33,386 bases of DNA from an uncultured Clostridia bacterium (GTDB lineage: Bacteria > Bacillota > Clostridia > Christensenellales > UBA1242), in assembly GCA_944384475.1 (NCBI GenBank), contig CALWTN010000050.1:1-33386 (forward strand), read 5' to 3'. Of the stretch, positions 11,753-18,402 are shown in pieces. Below the pieces are notes generated by a model, which was given only the letters and a program-made list of their open reading frames with translations, did no database searches and was not told where the DNA came from. Every line of letters starts with the position of its first letter. Within the stretch, counting starts at the first letter, position 1. Position numbers and translations under genes: made by a program.

Positions 11753-11780
11753 TATAATATGCAAGAAGACAAAAACATGT
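11753..11780 (-). promoter_or_regulatory. SigmaK-type promoter candidate (AC-N17-CATATTATA)
   Basis: On the minus strand, AC is at 11780-11779 and CATAttaTA at 11761-11753, with a 17-nt spacer. This matches the B. subtilis sigmaK consensus AC-N17-CATAnnnTA. The geometry leaves a roughly 20-nt leader containing the RBS. Confidence 0.4.
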
Positions 11781-12778
11781 TATTCCACCTCTTTAATCTC
11801 TCCCCTAAACGCTGCAAAAGCGCAAAGCACTTCGTATTCGGTTTTTTTATACGCCTTAGCCAATATCTTTGCATTTTTCATCATCAGCACTTGGTCGCCG
11901 ACATTAACCAGCCCGCCAGTGACGTCCACAAAACATGCATCCATGCACATATTTCCAACAACACGAAATCTTTTGCCATCAATCTCCACTTTAAGTTTTT
12001 TGCTTGCCTTTCTGTCAAATCCGTCTGCATAGCCCACGCCCACCACAGCAAGAGTAGTCTTTCTTTTCGCCACAAACGTTTTGTCATAGCCTGCGCTGTC
12101 GCCTCTCTCCAAACTGCGCAGTTGCAACACGCTGGAAGAAAGGCTCATCACACTTTGCAGCCGCTTATCGCCGTAGCCATACAATCCAATGCCCACACGC
12201 AAAATATCACAAGGCAGATGCTTTGCACCGCTGCCACCAAAACAAACTGGAAATGGTTTTTGCAAAAATGACTTGGCAAATAAAAATCGGTTATACTCTT
12301 TTTTTGTAATTCGTTGCGATGAAATTGATGAAAAATGCACCGAAAAACCAGCAAAATCGTGATTTTTTATTAAATTTTTAACTTTTTTTAATAAATTATC
12401 ACTTCCACAATCAATTCCAAACCTGTTCATCCCCACGCAAAGTTTGATAAAACAGCGCTGTGTCAAATTTAGTTTAATCGCTTTTTTGATGTCGGCAATG
12501 CTCACCGCTGTGAGATAAAATTCTTTTAAAAACGAAAAATCTTCGCACTTGCCGAGTATGATAATTTTTGCATTCGGAAGCGCACTTTTAAGTTTTTTCG
12601 CTTCGCCCAAATTCGCAACTCCAAAAAAATCCACGCTATCTTGCAGCGTTTTTGCCACCTCAATCATGCCATGTCCATACGCCTCCGCTTTGACCACGGC
12701 ACAAATTTTGGGCGCATAACTTTTAAAAAAATTTGCATTACTCAGCAGCGCACTTGTGCTTATCTGTTTTTTGTTCAT
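11780..12778 (-). CDS. alr: Alanine racemase (short form, 332 aa)
   Basis: PLP-lysine motif VVKAEAYGHG, RVGIGLYGYG, and GDSAGYDKTF carrying the catalytic Tyr context. Confidence 0.9.
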   Translation of the reverse strand: MNKKQISTSALLSNANFFKSYAPKICAVVKAEAYGHGMIEVAKTLQDSVDFFGVANLGEAKKLKSALPNAKIIILGKCEDFSFLKEFYLTAVSIADIKKAIKLNLTQRCFIKLCVGMNRFGIDCGSDNLLKKVKNLIKNHDFAGFSVHFSSISSQRITKKEYNRFLFAKSFLQKPFPVCFGGSGAKHLPCDILRVGIGLYGYGDKRLQSVMSLSSSVLQLRSLERGDSAGYDKTFVAKRKTTLAVVGVGYADGFDRKASKKLKVEIDGKRFRVVGNMCMDACFVDVTGGLVNVGDQVLMMKNAKILAKAYKKTEYEVLCAFAAFRGEIKEVE

Positions 12779-12793
12779 GCAAATTTTATATTA

Positions 12794-13579
12794 TTATTTT
12801 TTATTTTTTGACACTTTAAAGTTTTTAAACGCCTCGCCAACAACATCGCCAACGTCCACTGAATGGTTTGAATCGCCGTTGATGTAAACAAGATATTCAA
12901 TATTGCCCTCTTTTCCACAAACCGGAGAATAGCAAAGCCCGCTTAACCTAAGGTTATAAACTTTTAAGCAATCTAAAAAATCGTTAAGCAATCTCGTGTG
13001 CAACTTGGCATCCAGCACCACGCCGTTAAACTTTTTTGCCAGCCTCTCGCCACATTCGAACTGTGGCTTAAACAGCAGCACCATTTCCACCTGAGGATAA
13101 TCTCTGCTTAAAATTGGCAAAATGTGCGTAAGAGAAATAAAAGAAATGTCGCTGACAATCGCGTTAACATCTTCAAGTTTTTGTGCCTTCCTAAAATCCA
13201 AGCCTTCCATGTTCGCCACCCTCTCATCTAAGGCAATTTGAGGGTTAAGTTGGCCGTGCCCAACATCCAAGGCATACACCTTTTTCGCACCAAAATTTAA
13301 GCACACCTGAGTGAACCCGCCAGTTGACGCACCAATATCAAGCACTGTTTTGCCTTCAAAGTTCAACCCAAAATACTGCACCGCGCCCAGCAATTTATAC
13401 GCTCCGCGCGAGACAAAACTTTGACTTTGCGCCACCTTTACATCATTGTCTTCCACCTCAAACGACGGCTTTAAAACAACCTTTCCGTCCACTTGCACAT
13501 CTCCATTTTTTATTGCTTCCTGTGCCTTTGCTCTGGACAGCATGCCAAAATTTTGCGTTAAAAAAACATCCAATCTCAT
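12794..13579 (-). CDS. tlyA: TlyA-family rRNA 2'-O-methyltransferase (S4 domain plus FtsJ domain)
   Basis: MRLDVFLTQN...SRAKAQEAIKNGDVQVDGKVVLKPS, followed by the SAM-binding motif VLDIGASTGGFTQV. Confidence 0.9.
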   Translation of the reverse strand: MRLDVFLTQNFGMLSRAKAQEAIKNGDVQVDGKVVLKPSFEVEDNDVKVAQSQSFVSRGAYKLLGAVQYFGLNFEGKTVLDIGASTGGFTQVCLNFGAKKVYALDVGHGQLNPQIALDERVANMEGLDFRKAQKLEDVNAIVSDISFISLTHILPILSRDYPQVEMVLLFKPQFECGERLAKKFNGVVLDAKLHTRLLNDFLDCLKVYNLRLSGLCYSPVCGKEGNIEYLVYINGDSNHSVDVGDVVGEAFKNFKVSKNKK

Positions 13580-13615
13580 ATGATTATTTTAGCATAAATT
13601 GCATGTTTTCTCCAA

Positions 13616-13658
13616 CAAAAAATCGCGGTTAGCCATCCGGCGTACCCGCGTTAATTTT
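13616..13658. terminator. Possible bidirectional terminator-like hairpin downstream of the DAK2 gene
   Basis: CGCGG (13623-13627) pairs with CCGCG (13645-13649), flanked by A6 and T6 runs. The stem is short and the loop long, so this is weak. Confidence 0.35.
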
Positions 13659-13676
13659 TTGGTTGCCCACACGAGT

Positions 13677-15311
13677 TTACTCTAAACTTACCAAATAATA
13701 ATACACTGGCTGTCCGCCTGCTGCAACTGTAACTTCACATTCAGGGTATTTTTCAGCCAATTTTTGTTGCAGGCTGCAAGCATCTTCCTCTTTAATATCC
13801 TCGCCATAGAAAAGTGTGATTGTCATAATGTTGTCGTCCATCATTTTTGCAATCAAATCCTCTGTGGTTTGTGAAACAAGGTTGCCTTTTGCCAAGATTG
13901 CTTTGTCATCAAGCCCAATGATTTCGCCAGTTGTAAGGTCAAACCCATCCACGTGAGTGTCACGCACTGCATACGTCACAGAACCTGATTTAACATTTTT
14001 GATGGCATCGTTCATTGCTTCAACATTCTCTTCCACTGTTCCGTCTGGGTTAAATGCGATTGCCGCTGAAATACCCTCCGGAATGCTTCTTGTCGAGATT
14101 ACAACAAGGTTTTTGTTGGTAAGCTCATTTGCCTGTTCTGCCGCAAGTATGATGTTTTTGTTGTTTGGATAAACAAACACCGTTCTTGCCGGAACTTTGT
14201 CGGCGGCTGCGGCGATATCCGCTGCGCTCGGGTTCATCGTCTGCCCGCCAGTTATAATTTCATCAACGCTTAAATCCTTGAAAATTGCGGCAATTCCATC
14301 ACCCGGAGCAACTGCCACGATGCCAAGATTTTTGGTTTCTTCAACCGCACTGGCTTTCTTTTTAAGTTCACGATTTTGCTCACGCATGTTTTCAATTTTG
14401 ATGTTGATAAGTTCGCCAAGTTCAAGAGCATAGCCCAGCGCCCTGTTAGGTTCGTTGGAATGCACGTGCACTTTAACAAGCGACAAATCGCCAATGCAAA
14501 TTACGCTGTCGCCAAACTCCATCAAGCGCTCTCTGAGTTTGTCGATGTCTGCTTCGGTGGTCTTTTTATGCATGTGAGTGATCATATACTCCGTGCAGTA
14601 GCCAAACTCAATTTCTTCCAAGTTGTTGATGTCTGCAATCACATCGTCCACAGTCTGTGTCTGCTTTTCGTCATCAAAAATCACTTCCAGATTTTCTTCG
14701 CCCATCAAAAGTTTGTAAAAACCTGTGAAAATAACGATAATTCCACGTCCACCTGCGTCCACAACGCCCGCTTTTTTAAGCACTGGAAGCATTTCAGGCG
14801 TCTGCTTCAAAATCTCTTCGCCAGTTTCAAGCACTTTTTTAAGGAAGGTTTCAAAATTATCAATCCTCTTTGCCAAACTAACCGCATTTTCTGCCATCAC
14901 ACGAATGACGGTTAAGATTGTGCCCTCTTTTGGTTTTGTGACTGCCTTATATGCAATGTTCGCACCCTCTTGCATAGCCTTGGCAAAAGTTTTGGTGGTG
15001 ATTTCATTGTATTTTGCAGTTACCGAGCAAAAGCCCTTAAAAATCTGCGAAGTGATAACTCCGCTGTTTCCTCTTGCACCTTTAAGTGCGCCCTTAGCAA
15101 ACGCAGCGCTAAGCTCGTCCAAATTTGCGCTTATGCACTTGCCAACTTCGGCAACCGCCGATTTCATTGTTAAAAACATATTCGTCCCTGTGTCACCATC
15201 TGGCACTGGAAACACATTAAGCGAATCTACATACTTTTTATTTTGCTCTAAAAGGCTTGCACCTGCCACAATCATCTTGCGAAAGGTGACGCCGTTTATT
15301 GACTTTATCAT
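13677..15311 (-). CDS. DAK2 domain fusion protein (YloV family)
   Basis: 544 aa. The N-terminal Dak2 motif is PVPDGDTGTNM, and the C-terminal region is YloV-type. Conserved pairing with the Asp23 gene and rpmB. Confidence 0.92.
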   Translation of the reverse strand: MIKSINGVTFRKMIVAGASLLEQNKKYVDSLNVFPVPDGDTGTNMFLTMKSAVAEVGKCISANLDELSAAFAKGALKGARGNSGVITSQIFKGFCSVTAKYNEITTKTFAKAMQEGANIAYKAVTKPKEGTILTVIRVMAENAVSLAKRIDNFETFLKKVLETGEEILKQTPEMLPVLKKAGVVDAGGRGIIVIFTGFYKLLMGEENLEVIFDDEKQTQTVDDVIADINNLEEIEFGYCTEYMITHMHKKTTEADIDKLRERLMEFGDSVICIGDLSLVKVHVHSNEPNRALGYALELGELINIKIENMREQNRELKKKASAVEETKNLGIVAVAPGDGIAAIFKDLSVDEIITGGQTMNPSAADIAAAADKVPARTVFVYPNNKNIILAAEQANELTNKNLVVISTRSIPEGISAAIAFNPDGTVEENVEAMNDAIKNVKSGSVTYAVRDTHVDGFDLTTGEIIGLDDKAILAKGNLVSQTTEDLIAKMMDDNIMTITLFYGEDIKEEDACSLQQKLAEKYPECEVTVAAGGQPVYYYLVSLE

Positions 15312-15319
15312 TTTATCTC

Positions 15320-15670
15320 CTATACTCTAACGCCAACCACGTGAACATTAACCGAGTCGACAATCATTCCCGTAAAATTTTCCACGCTGTATTTAACCGA
15401 TTTTTTTAGAGACTCAGAAACTGCGCTGATAGACACACCGTATTTCATAATACAGTAAACATCCAAAAAGATTCGGTTATCTATATGGCGAACTTTAATG
15501 CCCTTTGAATAGGACTCTTTATTAAACAATTCTTTGGCGCTGTCTTTAAAGGTTTTTGACACAAGGTCTACAACACCATAACAATCAAGCACGGCAAAAC
15601 CAGCGACAACCCTGATTGCATCATCGCTGATTGAAATGTTTCCGTAATAGTTGTTAGTGTCAACTGTCAA
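15320..15670 (-). CDS. Asp23/Gls24-family envelope stress protein (YloU-like)
   Basis: ...GNISISDDAIRVVAGFAVLDCYGVVDLV... Start reassigned to TTG 15670 (AAGGGAG RBS 8 nt upstream), giving 116 aa. The track's 143-aa form has no RBS. Confidence 0.85.
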   Translation of the reverse strand: MTVDTNNYYGNISISDDAIRVVAGFAVLDCYGVVDLVSKTFKDSAKELFNKESYSKGIKVRHIDNRIFLDVYCIMKYGVSISAVSESLKKSVKYSVENFTGMIVDSVNVHVVGVRV

Positions 15671-15780
15671 AACGATTGCTCCCTTAAATTCAGTCACTTT
15701 TATCTTACTATAAAGAAAAAATTTTTTCAAGCAATTTAGCGGTTGTTTCAAAATGTTTGTTAAAATTTTTGCTATTTTTG

Positions 15781-15809
15781 TTGATTTTACTTTTATTTTA
15801 TGTTATACT
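15781..15809 (+). promoter_or_regulatory. SigmaA-type promoter of rpmB (TTGATT-N17-TATACT with TG extension)
   Basis: TTGATT is at 15781-15786 and TATACT at 15804-15809, with TG at 15801-15802. The AGGAGG RBS follows at 15832-15837. Confidence 0.6.
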
Positions 15810-15843
15810 TGCCTTGCTAAAAAGTCCTAATAGGAGGTGAATC

Positions 15844-16029
15844 ATGTCAAGAGTTTGTGAAATATGTGGTCGTGGAAAAATGACTGGCAAAAAGGTTAGC
15901 CACGCTGAAAATAAAACTAACAGAACTTTTGAACTTAACTTGCAAGAAACCACCATTGATGTTAATGGAAAACCTACAAAAGTTAAGGCTTGCACAAAAT
16001 GCATTAAAACCGCAAGAAAAGCAAAATAA
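15844..16029 (+). CDS. rpmB: 50S ribosomal protein L28 (zinc-ribbon C+ form)
   Basis: [34 protein letters not shown]...CTKCIK. Typical L28 with CxxC...CxxC. Confidence 0.96.
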   Translation: MSRVCEICGRGKMTGKKVSHAENKTNRTFELNLQETTIDVNGKPTKVKACTKCIKTARKAK

Positions 16030-16058
16030 ATTTTGCATGTTTTTTGATTGACAAATCG

Positions 16059-16078
16059 CCTCCTGCGGGAGGTTTTTT
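16059..16078 (+). terminator. Intrinsic terminator of rpmB
   Basis: CCTCC-TGCG-GGAGG (16059-16072) followed by TTTTTT (16073-16078). Confidence 0.75.
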
Positions 16079-16121
16079 GTTGCTATAAATATACGCCTTT
16101 GCTTTGTGTTTTATACCACAC

Positions 16122-16219
16122 GGGCAAGCGCCTGTCCCGTTTTTGCAAAAACGGGACAGCCTCGCTCGTTGTGCCTAGCGAGGCAACATGCGCCGCATGC
16201 GGCGCATGTGCGCTTGCCC
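16122..16219. other. GC-rich 98-nt nested-palindrome element (closed four-way junction); function unknown
   Basis: The outer stem is GGGCAAGCGC/GCGCTTGCCC. It encloses a 28-nt perfect palindrome (16132-16159), CCTCGCT-N10-AGCGAGG (16160-16183) and a 22-nt perfect palindrome (16187-16208). Only 4 junction nt are unpaired. Confidence 0.6.
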
Positions 16220-16223
16220 CCCC

Positions 16224-16322
16224 CTATTTTTCGTCCTTTTTAACAAACGGTTTTAAAAGCGGACGCATCCACTTTGGCGCTTTGATGCAAATGATTTTAA
16301 ATTGTTTTTGCTGTTTTTCCAT
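16224..16322 (-). CDS. Small ORF (32 aa) with a SpoVM-like core; candidate spoVM
   Basis: Own translation: MEKQQKQFKIICIKAPKWMRPLLKPFVKKDEK. The core IKAPKWM..LLK.F..K resembles B. subtilis SpoVM (MKFYTIKLPKFLGGIVRAMLGSFRKD, quoted from memory). It is adjacent to rpmB, as spoVM is in B. subtilis. No convincing SD. Too short for the ORF track. Confidence 0.4.
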   Translation of the reverse strand: MEKQQKQFKIICIKAPKWMRPLLKPFVKKDEK

Positions 16323-16328
16323 GCCACT

Positions 16329-16357
16329 TTTATATGCAACCGCCCCTAAAAATGTTA
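16329..16357 (-). promoter_or_regulatory. Weak sigmaE-like promoter candidate for the small ORF (TAACATT-N14-CATATAAA)
   Basis: Against the sigmaE consensus [T/G][A/C]ATA[A/T][A/T]-N14-CATACA[A/C]T it scores 6/7 and 6/8 with exact 14-nt spacing. The -10 element ends 6 nt before the ATG, which would imply a leaderless mRNA. Confidence 0.25.
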
Positions 16358-16366
16358 AAAAGCATA

Positions 16367-16395
16367 TTGACTATCAGTTATAAATATTATATACT
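16367..16395 (+). promoter_or_regulatory. Near-consensus sigmaA-type promoter of the two-gene OB-fold operon (TTGACT-N17-TATACT)
   Basis: TTGACT is at 16367-16372 and TATACT at 16390-16395, with a 17-nt spacer. The GGGAGA RBS at 16405-16410 and ATG 16418 follow. Confidence 0.6.
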
Positions 16396-16417
16396 TTTAT
16401 GTATGGGAGAAAATAAA

Positions 16418-17686
16418 ATGGAAAACATCAAACACCCAATTTTGGGACACGAATTTAAAAATGAATGCAATCAGTTGATACTCTGCGGCAGAGCATTGAC
16501 GGTTCCATTGAAAATGCAAAGTAAAGAGGGCGATGTAAGCAATTTTGGAATGCTTTTTGAGGACGGAAAATCAGGAGTTGTGCTTCCTCTTGACCTTTCT
16601 TCGCTGGATAGCTACGATTCGTTTATTCAACCACTCGACAAATTGATGCTGTTTGGACATATTGGCAATAAGCAAGGCGAACAAACCTTTGTTGTTGAAG
16701 AGATAAAAAATGCAAACAGAAACCCTGAAGTTTACAACATGGGCTTTGTTTTTGGAACGCTGTATGACGCAAAGAAATTTGTTAAAATAGACGGCCAGAA
16801 ATTTTTAAAAATTGTCATAACTGCTAAAGACCACTTCACAGGAACAGAAGAGAAGGTTACTGTCTACACACAAAATGAAAAACAAATCAGCTATTTTACT
16901 TGCAACGGCATAAAGCGTGGTACCCCAATAGCGGCGCAATATTTTTTAGCCTATAATGCAGCAGAGCAATCTTTTTCGTTTTTGCCAATTTTAATGAGTT
17001 TTGACACCTTTGCATGCTCACCTAATTCAGTTTTTCACACTTACACCCCTCTTCCAGAACAAGAGAGGTTTGATCCTAAGGCAAAGTTCCCAAAAGGAGG
17101 CAACTATGTTACAGCCGTTGGTACAGTGAAAAGCCTGACAGAACAAATAGGTGAAAACAACTATCAAGCAGAACTTTTATTAAAACGAGGCAAAACCTCT
17201 TTTGAGCTGCCATTATTGATGAATCAAAAAACAGCACAGGTGTTTGACGAACACAATAATGTTGGCGACACGACGATTGTGTTTGGCTCGCTTGGTCAAA
17301 ACGTGTTTGGCTTTAACAGCATAAAAATAAACGGCTTCACCAACCTTCAAAAAAGGTTTGGCGATGATTATTCATCAAGCTTTGGGCGTGTGATATTTGA
17401 ACTGGAAGACGTTCCACAACCAGCCCCAAAAGGCTTTTGCAAACATTCAACAAAAGCACCTAGTATAAATAAAGATAAGTTTAAAATCAAAATAAACGGC
17501 ACAACATTTTCTTCAAAAGCTGGAATAGATGTTGCAGAGCAATTTATGCAAGCAAGAAATATGCCACACGCTCCGTCTGGTTATAAGGCGCTCTATACTT
17601 TTGTGCCTGACGAATTTGAAGAGTTGGGCATAACGCAAGCGTTGCCAAAAATAGTTGCAACAGTGCCAATGCCACTGTCAAAATAA
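16418..17686 (+). CDS. Hypothetical 422-aa protein; three tandem SSB-like OB-fold-type modules plus a C-terminal region (pattern-based assignment)
   Basis: Start set at ATG 16418 (MENIKHP..., GGGAGA RBS 7 nt upstream), not the track's 16334. The repeated pattern is N-x-h-x-h-x-G ... h-h-LP-h-x-h ... GD-x-h-x-h-x-GSL, e.g. NQLILCGRALTVP/VVLPLDLS and NYVTAVGTVKS/FELPLLMN/VGDTTIVFGSL. Confidence 0.75.
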   Translation: MENIKHPILGHEFKNECNQLILCGRALTVPLKMQSKEGDVSNFGMLFEDGKSGVVLPLDLSSLDSYDSFIQPLDKLMLFGHIGNKQGEQTFVVEEIKNANRNPEVYNMGFVFGTLYDAKKFVKIDGQKFLKIVITAKDHFTGTEEKVTVYTQNEKQISYFTCNGIKRGTPIAAQYFLAYNAAEQSFSFLPILMSFDTFACSPNSVFHTYTPLPEQERFDPKAKFPKGGNYVTAVGTVKSLTEQIGENNYQAELLLKRGKTSFELPLLMNQKTAQVFDEHNNVGDTTIVFGSLGQNVFGFNSIKINGFTNLQKRFGDDYSSSFGRVIFELEDVPQPAPKGFCKHSTKAPSINKDKFKIKINGTTFSSKAGIDVAEQFMQARNMPHAPSGYKALYTFVPDEFEELGITQALPKIVATVPMPLSK

Positions 17687-17706
17687 CAAAATTTTTAGGA
17701 GAAAGA

Positions 17707-18378
17707 ATGGATAAATTCGGTTTTAAAAGGCAATCAAACAAAGTGCGAATATGCGGAGATCTCGTAGACCACCCAACTTTTTTGTTCTACTCACCAAATT
17801 ATGATTTAAATTATTATTTGTTTCATGTTAACATAGCAAATCCCAATGCTCATCCAAATTTAATACCAGTCGTAGTCAGCGAAACCCAAAAAGCACTTGT
17901 GGAAAGCAAAAATATTGGCGACAATGTCACCGTGTATGGAAGCCTCGCCTCCGAAAGGTTTAATGAGGATAAATATTCAACTTTTGTAGAGTATGAAAAA
18001 ATTTTTAACAACACATTATACAATCCTTTTGGCAGTCTTTGTATAATCAGGGGCATTTTAAAATCTCCGCTAATGCCTGTTACTTTGCGCAATGGAAAGT
18101 TGGTAAACACATTAATTTTAAGTTATGATAAATATCGCCTTCCTGTAAAGGTATCTATATCTCAAAACACCTCGCAAAATTATGATACAATAGATTATGG
18201 CGACAGCGTTGCATGCCGAACCACTCTATACAGTTCTTCAAGTCAATACCTGGCTGTACATGCCAATGCAAAAATAGTTGTTCCGCAAAGCAAATTGGAA
18301 GAAAACCCTCGTTTAAAAGAACGATTTAATGATTTGGATGCTTCAAACTACGCACTATGTCAAATGTTAAAAAGATAA
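17707..18378 (+). CDS. Hypothetical 223-aa protein; two tandem SSB-like OB-fold-type modules (pattern-based assignment)
   Basis: AGGAGA RBS; ATG lies 20 nt after the upstream stop. Module 1 is NKVRICGDLVDHP...NLIPVVVSE...IGDNVTVYGSL. Module 2 is SLCIIRGILKSPL...YRLPVKVSI...YGDSVACRTTL. Confidence 0.75.
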   Translation: MDKFGFKRQSNKVRICGDLVDHPTFLFYSPNYDLNYYLFHVNIANPNAHPNLIPVVVSETQKALVESKNIGDNVTVYGSLASERFNEDKYSTFVEYEKIFNNTLYNPFGSLCIIRGILKSPLMPVTLRNGKLVNTLILSYDKYRLPVKVSISQNTSQNYDTIDYGDSVACRTTLYSSSSQYLAVHANAKIVVPQSKLEENPRLKERFNDLDASNYALCQMLKR

Positions 18379-18401
18379 AACCGAGCATGCGCTCGGTTTT
18401 T
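18377..18401. terminator. Bidirectional intrinsic terminator shared by the OB-fold operon and spoIVA
   Basis: AAAA-CCGAGC-ATGC-GCTCGG-TTTTT, lying between the convergent stops at 18378 and 18403. Confidence 0.8.
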
Positions 18402-18402
18402 G

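Noticed and set aside
11741-12271. 176-aa plus-strand ORF antisense to alr, downstream of a plus-strand TATAAT at 11753-11758
   Set aside because: The ORF is His/Cys/Phe-rich antisense sequence without an RBS. The TATAAT is the reverse reading of the minus-strand CATATTATA motif. There is no -35 element and no downstream plus-strand gene.
14376-15330. 179-aa and 201-aa plus-strand ORFs antisense to the DAK2 (yloV-like) gene
   Set aside because: They are shadow ORFs within a well-supported 544-aa gene, with no start signals.
16122-16219. The cloverleaf-like element as a tRNA or tRNA-like gene
   Set aside because: The arm lengths are wrong: a 10-bp closing stem and 14-, 7- and 11-bp arms. There is no GTTCRA T-loop, no plausible 7-nt anticodon loop, and no CCA or discriminator context.
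16048-16383. 111-aa plus-strand ORF from the track (MTNRLLREVFCCYKY...)
   Set aside because: It has no RBS and begins inside the rpmB terminator. Its Cys/Ala-rich middle is simply the translation of the GC-rich palindromes. It runs through the promoter region of the next operon. It is better explained by non-coding structure plus the minus-strand small ORF.
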